From assembly GCA_963752035.1 (NCBI GenBank), contig CAVVWZ010000027.1:1-44313 (forward strand): 44,313 nt of DNA, read 5' to 3'. Shown piece after piece: positions 39,964-44,313 of this stretch. The stretch's first letter is position 1. Each line of letters opens with the position of its first letter. Position numbers and translations under genes: made by a program. Below the pieces are notes generated by a model that was not told where the DNA came from, made no database searches, and saw only the letters and a program-made list of their open reading frames with translations. The stretch is from an uncultured delta proteobacterium (GTDB lineage: Bacteria > Desulfobacterota > WTBG01).

Positions 39964-41115
39964 CTATGATGCACCTGACTTAGCACCAACATCAGCGTGC
40001 AGTTGCAGATAGTTGAGGATGTCGTTTCTTCGCAGTATTCCCAGGACCTTGTTTTCCTGTACCACAGGAACCTGATGTATATTTTTAGAGGTCAGTTTAT
40101 TGAGGGCAACACTTGCATCATCACCGGGGGATACCCTCTCCAGCTGTTTTTGAGGTATCATGATATCACCAATGGCTGTGGTGGGCCACTGTTCCCGGGG
40201 AATATCTTTAACATCATGGAGACATACGATCCCTTTTACCAGTCCATCTTCTATAACCAGAAAGCTGCGATCTCTGTGGCGCAGTATATAATCATCCACG
40301 AGTTCTTGAATGGTCATGTTCGGAGAAACAGTATCGAAATTAGTGATCATTAAATCTCCTACACTCACCTCGCTCAGGGCATCTTTGACCTGAAGGTGCC
40401 GGTAACTGCTGGTGGCTGCATTGTAGAGAAACCAGCCGATAAAGATCATCCAGATGCCATTTAAGGTGAGCCCGGTGAAGATAAACCAGATTCCTGAAAA
40501 AATAAGGAGAAAAGCTACCACTTTGCCCGAAAAAGAAGCAACTCTGGTTGCCAGGTTCCTGTTTTTGGTGATTCCCCAAATGATTGCCCTCAGTATGCGG
40601 CCCCCATCAAGAGGAAAACCGGGGACTAGATTGAAACAGGCCAGGGCAATGTTAATGAAGCCAAGATAATTAAAAATTGAGGCAAAGGAGGGCGCACTGT
40701 CTTTGAGGAGCCACCAGGTACTATAAGAGAAAATACCGATTGCAATACTGGTGAGTGGGCCCACGAATGCTATTAAAAACTCTTTGAGCGGTCTGTCCGG
40801 TTCATCTCCAATTTGAGCAACACCACCAAAGATAAACAGTGTGATGTTGTGTACCTTTTCACCCTGGTTAATTGCCACCAGGGAGTGAGAGAGTTCATGA
40901 GCCAGCACAGAGGCAAAAAAGAGTAAACTGGCTATTATTCCCAGGACCCAATTGAGCACAAGGGGAGAGTTTGGGTTCTGGGCAGGGAAATAATTACCGG
41001 CAAGGGTCCAGGTCACCAGTACAAAGATGATAAGCCAGCTTGAATCAATATGTATTTCAATGCCAAATACCTTGCCAAGTCGCCAGGCATTGCGCATGCC
41101 AAATCCTTTTTTCAT
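39964..41115 (-). CDS. Site-2 protease (M50) with CBS pair
   Basis: HELSH, NLVPGFPLDGG, C-terminal CBS domains. Confidence 0.93.
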   Translation of the reverse strand: MKKGFGMRNAWRLGKVFGIEIHIDSSWLIIFVLVTWTLAGNYFPAQNPNSPLVLNWVLGIIASLLFFASVLAHELSHSLVAINQGEKVHNITLFIFGGVAQIGDEPDRPLKEFLIAFVGPLTSIAIGIFSYSTWWLLKDSAPSFASIFNYLGFINIALACFNLVPGFPLDGGRILRAIIWGITKNRNLATRVASFSGKVVAFLLIFSGIWFIFTGLTLNGIWMIFIGWFLYNAATSSYRHLQVKDALSEVSVGDLMITNFDTVSPNMTIQELVDDYILRHRDRSFLVIEDGLVKGIVCLHDVKDIPREQWPTTAIGDIMIPQKQLERVSPGDDASVALNKLTSKNIHQVPVVQENKVLGILRRNDILNYLQLHADVGAKSGAS

Positions 41116-41144
41116 AGCTTACAGGTTGATTAACGTGTTGGTGA

Positions 41145-41718
41145 TTAATAGTTTTCGCAGAAAACCTCGTAATAGCTTTGAGGGTGGAGACAAGCCGGAC
41201 ATTCCTGTGGTGCTTCTTTTCCCTCATGTATATAACCGCAGTTGCGACACTTCCATTTAACTACGGTGTCTTTTTTGAAAACTTTTCCATCGGTAATATT
41301 CTTGTGTAATTTTCGGTAACGGGCTTCGTGCTTTGCTTCTACCTCTGCAATTTCCTGGAAAATAGTTGCAACGGTTTCAAATCCTTCGTCGCGGGCAACC
41401 TGAGCCGCTTCAGGATACAGCTTGGTCCACTCCATGTTTTCACCGGATGCAGCAGCTTCCAGATTTTCAAGGGTGGTTCCGATAGTGCCGGCAGGATAGC
41501 TTGCAGTAATCTCAACTTCTCCCGCCTTCTAAGAACTTGAAATACTTCTTGGCATGTTCTTTTTCATTGTCTGCAGTCTCAAGGAAAAGAGCAGAAATCT
41601 GTTCATATCCTTCCTTCTTGGCAACGCTGGCGTAGTAGGTATAGCGGTTTCTGGCTTGAGATTCTCCCGCAAAGGCGGCCAGGAGATTTTTTTCAGTTTT
41701 ACTTCCCTTAAGTTTCAT
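41145..41718 (-). CDS. rbr: Rubrerythrin (frameshift ~41520)
   Basis: AFAGESQARNRY, NEKEHA, GENMEWTKLY, CRNCGY...CPACLH. Confidence 0.93.
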
Positions 41719-41732
41719 TGATTTTCCTCCTC

Positions 41733-42065
41733 TTATTGAATGGGTGCTGGTGCCACAGGCGGTGGCGGGGGAATAATAAAATAATTTCCAAGATATTCAT
41801 TGATGGATTCGGCTTCGCCTTCAGATATGTTAGCGCCGGGCTTTTTACGCATCCTTTCTACAACCCCTTTTGCTTTATCCCGGCTGAGGTGTGCTTCTTT
41901 GACCCTTTCGAGAGAATGACACTGTTGACACTTGGCTTCAAAGAGTTGTTTGTTTTGCTCAACCTCGGGAGGTGAATCCTTTGTTTGAGCGGTACCTTTA
42001 GCCGGTAAGACCAGAAGAACACCAATAAAAAGAAAACATGCAAACAGTGCTATTGGTTTTTTCAT
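41733..42065 (-). CDS. Small exported monohaem cytochrome c
   Basis: Signal peptide, CQQCH, VVERM, Pro-rich tail. Confidence 0.8.
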   Translation of the reverse strand: MKKPIALFACFLFIGVLLVLPAKGTAQTKDSPPEVEQNKQLFEAKCQQCHSLERVKEAHLSRDKAKGVVERMRKKPGANISEGEAESINEYLGNYFIIPPPPPVAPAPIQ

Positions 42066-42079
42066 CTTTAAACTCCTTA

Positions 42080-42330
42080 GAGTTCGGTTTACAGTTGCCG
42101 GTTGGACAGTTTACAGTTGAGTTTAAAGGCAATTATAAATTTATTGCATTCAGTAAAGTTCACAAAATAGTTCAGTTCAGTTGACAGTTATCAGAAAGGT
42201 TACAGTTATTAGGTTTTTCATATTAGAGATTCTTTCTTTGCGTCCTTGGCGTCTCTGCGGTGTAATTCTGCTCCTTATCCCTTTGCTTCTTTCTTGCTGT
42301 CAACTGCAAACTGTAAACTGTCAACTGTTT
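42080..42330. repeat. Second locus of inverted CAGTTTA-type heptamer arrays with an internal CTTTGCG nonamer repeat
   Basis: CAGTT units at 42085-42210; CTGTCAA/CTGCAAA/CTGTAAA/CTGTCAA at 42297-42327; CTTTGCGTCCTTGGCGTCTCTGCGGTG at 42236-42262. Confidence 0.8.
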
Positions 42331-42333
42331 CCT

Positions 42334-43740
42334 TTATAATTGTATTTCCATTTCTTTCTTAACCATATCAACGATAGGTAATGTTATGGCATCCTTCCCC
42401 AGCAATTGATTGGCAAGTGACTGGGGGTAGGACCGGTAACGCAGGGTCGCACGTACCTTAAGAGGACCTTTGGTACCAGCGGGCACCAGGAAAGTATAGT
42501 CCGTGGTGGAAGATCCTTTGGGAGGGATTGTATTGTTGTATTCAAAGCGGTTAATCTCCCATGGTTTATAGGTGTGCTTGCCATTAACATCCACTGCCCT
42601 TGCATTAAACATTTTTGCCTTGGGATCAATCGTACCCTCATCATCCATGTTGCCGGAGTGGTAAACAGTTGCTCCGTTGGCATCAGTTATCACCAATTCT
42701 ATCCACATTTGGCGTACTTCGGTTAAACTGGTAGGGAGGTTGTGCCCGGCTCCCACATTGGTCACTGTAACCCCAACGATTGCAATATTACCCGGCTTTA
42801 CTGCCTCGGGTGGTGTCAGGGTCAATTCAGCGGCACTTTGAAGCCTTTTTCTGGCGATGTCTGCGTGCTCCTGCGAACCAAGAAGACTGGTGACCGTGAA
42901 ATTCCCCCCCACAAACTCATGTGTGTAAATCTGATCCCGGTCAGGACCCATAGCACAGGCTTTCCCGGGATTGTTCAGTATTTTTAGTGTCCGTGCTGTC
43001 TCGATGGCCTGCTCCAAGGGTTTCATGTGACAATCCTGACACTGAATACCGTTTTGGGCATAGACCGAGAATTTCCATTCATCGTAGGTGCGTTCGATGT
43101 GGAAATTGGTGACCGGATGGAAAACATTGTGGCAGTTGGCACAAAATTCCGATTTGGTGTGCAGTTCCGAATAGGCCGTTTTGTGAAAAGGGGATTGGGA
43201 ATCTTTGTAAGGACCCCGCTTTATGTCTCCGGGCTCTAAGACGATGGATGCGTTTTGTGGTTCGTGTGTAGGTGTTTCCAGAAAAGTGGACCGGACGACT
43301 GTGTGGCACAAATCACATTGCACCCCACGTTTCGCAATATCACTCACCTGAAATTCCCCGTCTTTAAAAACGATTTCTTCACTTACCGTACCAATAGCAG
43401 TGTGGCAGCCGGCGCACAGTTTATCAGTTAAACCGTTGGTTTCCTGTGCCCCGATCTTCCAGAGTGCTTGAAACACTGGATCAACGAAGGCATGGGCATG
43501 CATAGATCCCTTCCACTGTGCAAAGATCTCACCATGGCACCCGGCACAGATGTCAGGTGACATGAACTCACTTGAGGTAACCGGTTTCCCGGTGTGAGTG
43601 TTGATTAAAGAAGGGAAAAAAGGTGCTTTTGCATTCGTTTCTGCCTTGCTTTCATTAGCGTAAAGGGTTGAAGAGGGCAGGGTAAGCAATAGTATCGCTA
43701 TAGTTATAACAAATAGCGAACGAAAACAGCGTAGTGACAT
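42334..43740 (-). CDS. Pentahaem c-type cytochrome, paralogue of 35022-36474
   Basis: Signal peptide; CAGCH x2, CDLCH, CANCH, CQDCH; IERTYDEW; GAGHNLPT. Confidence 0.9.
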   Translation of the reverse strand: MSLRCFRSLFVITIAILLLTLPSSTLYANESKAETNAKAPFFPSLINTHTGKPVTSSEFMSPDICAGCHGEIFAQWKGSMHAHAFVDPVFQALWKIGAQETNGLTDKLCAGCHTAIGTVSEEIVFKDGEFQVSDIAKRGVQCDLCHTVVRSTFLETPTHEPQNASIVLEPGDIKRGPYKDSQSPFHKTAYSELHTKSEFCANCHNVFHPVTNFHIERTYDEWKFSVYAQNGIQCQDCHMKPLEQAIETARTLKILNNPGKACAMGPDRDQIYTHEFVGGNFTVTSLLGSQEHADIARKRLQSAAELTLTPPEAVKPGNIAIVGVTVTNVGAGHNLPTSLTEVRQMWIELVITDANGATVYHSGNMDDEGTIDPKAKMFNARAVDVNGKHTYKPWEINRFEYNNTIPPKGSSTTDYTFLVPAGTKGPLKVRATLRYRSYPQSLANQLLGKDAITLPIVDMVKKEMEIQL

Positions 43741-43772
43741 AGAACTTTCTCCTCTTCGGAGTGCCCTGCTTT

Positions 43773-44004
43773 TTAGGGCAGGGCATCCTCAATCTTCTGC
43801 TGGTCAAAACCTATAATTACCTGATCGTCGATAACGATTACAGGAACTCCACGCTGGTTGGTTAATGCTACCATCTCATCACGTGCAGTTTTATCTTCCC
43901 CCACATCTAAATCCGTGAACGTCAACATTCTTCTGCGAAAGAAACTCTTTCGCGTGGTGGCAGTGGGGTCATGTGGGAAGTGAATAGAGTTTTATAGTTG
44001 CCAT
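43773..44004 (-). CDS. Selenocysteine-containing glutaredoxin-like protein (UxxC; one frameshift ~43921; not in the ORF track)
   Basis: MATIKLYSLPT-TGA-PHCHHAKEFLSQKNV / FTDLDVGED...RGVPVIVIDDQVIIGFD; TGA at 43969-43971. Confidence 0.85.
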
Positions 44005-44029
44005 AGTCATATGCTCCTTACTCTAAAGG

Positions 44030-44173
44030 TTAGGCAGCTTCGGCTGTTAATTTACCATCTTCCATAACAAGCTTCAACTCGGCCCCACAAATTGGACAGG
44101 TTACCATGTCTCCTTCTTTAGCGCCTTCAGGTAGATCAAAATCTGCACTACAAATTGGACAGTTTACTTGCAT
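44030..44173 (-). CDS. 47-aa double-CxxC Zn-ribbon protein (LysW-like fold; not in the ORF track)
   Basis: MQVNCPICSADFDLPEGAKEGDMVTCPICGAELKLVMEDGKLTAEAA; AAAGGAG RBS. Confidence 0.8.
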   Translation of the reverse strand: MQVNCPICSADFDLPEGAKEGDMVTCPICGAELKLVMEDGKLTAEAA

Positions 44174-44204
44174 TGTACATTCTCCTTTCTTGATAAAAGT
44201 TATG

Positions 44205-44312
44205 TTATTCAGATCCTTTTATTCTTGGATCAATGTTTCCAGGACCACCACAATCCGGGGTGTAGCAGGTATTGTCAATGAAAACACAGTTTTCTTTGCA
44301 GGATGGGCACTG
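44205..44312 (-). CDS. C-terminus of a small Cys-rich rubredoxin-like protein (truncated by window end)
   Basis: QCPSCKENCVFIDNTCYTPDCGGPGNIDPRIKGSE-stop. Confidence 0.7.
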   Translation of the reverse strand, partial: QCPSCKENCVFIDNTCYTPDCGGPGNIDPRIKGSE

Positions 44313-44313
44313 C

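Noticed and set aside
124-43309. Many short antisense and overlapping ORFs in the track
   Set aside because: They lie opposite or inside well-supported genes and show no family motifs.
44030-44173. Calling the small Zn-ribbon protein LysW
   Set aside because: No C-terminal EDWGE motif and no lys/arg biosynthesis genes nearby.

Overview
A 44.3-kb chromosomal segment from an anaerobic bacterium, most likely Desulfobacterota/Deltaproteobacteria-like (inferred from gene content). Left to right: the 3' end of a Ni,Fe-CO dehydrogenase; a ferredoxin-ferritin unit; a divergent RpoD-like sigma factor followed by hsp20-lon; an arsenosugar-type cluster (TIGR04283-like GT2, ArsM-like methyltransferase, DUF3047, ArsS-like radical SAM, TIGR04282-like transferase) followed by a GalT/HIT protein; two cupredoxin-like paralogues; a pyruvate dehydrogenase operon with osmC between E1alpha and E1beta and no E3; an RND efflux pair; several cytochrome c genes including a P460-like one; nadD; tldD/pmbA; and a ~15-kb oxidative/nitrosative-stress island (peroxiredoxin, Hrb, thioredoxin, flavodiiron protein, rubrerythrin, ferritin-like proteins, rubredoxins, two pentahaem cytochromes, glutaredoxin). 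Two genes truncated or missed in the ORF track have an in-frame TGA at the catalytic Cys followed by a SECIS-like hairpin, so they are probably selenoproteins. The intergenic DNA holds many small non-autonomous repeats: inverted heptamer arrays, a TIR-bounded MITE, an IS200/IS605-like remnant and a 56-bp palindrome. About 17 genes carry single-base frameshifts, most simply read as assembly indel errors. No rRNA, tRNA or CRISPR array was seen. Family calls come from motif recognition, not database searches.
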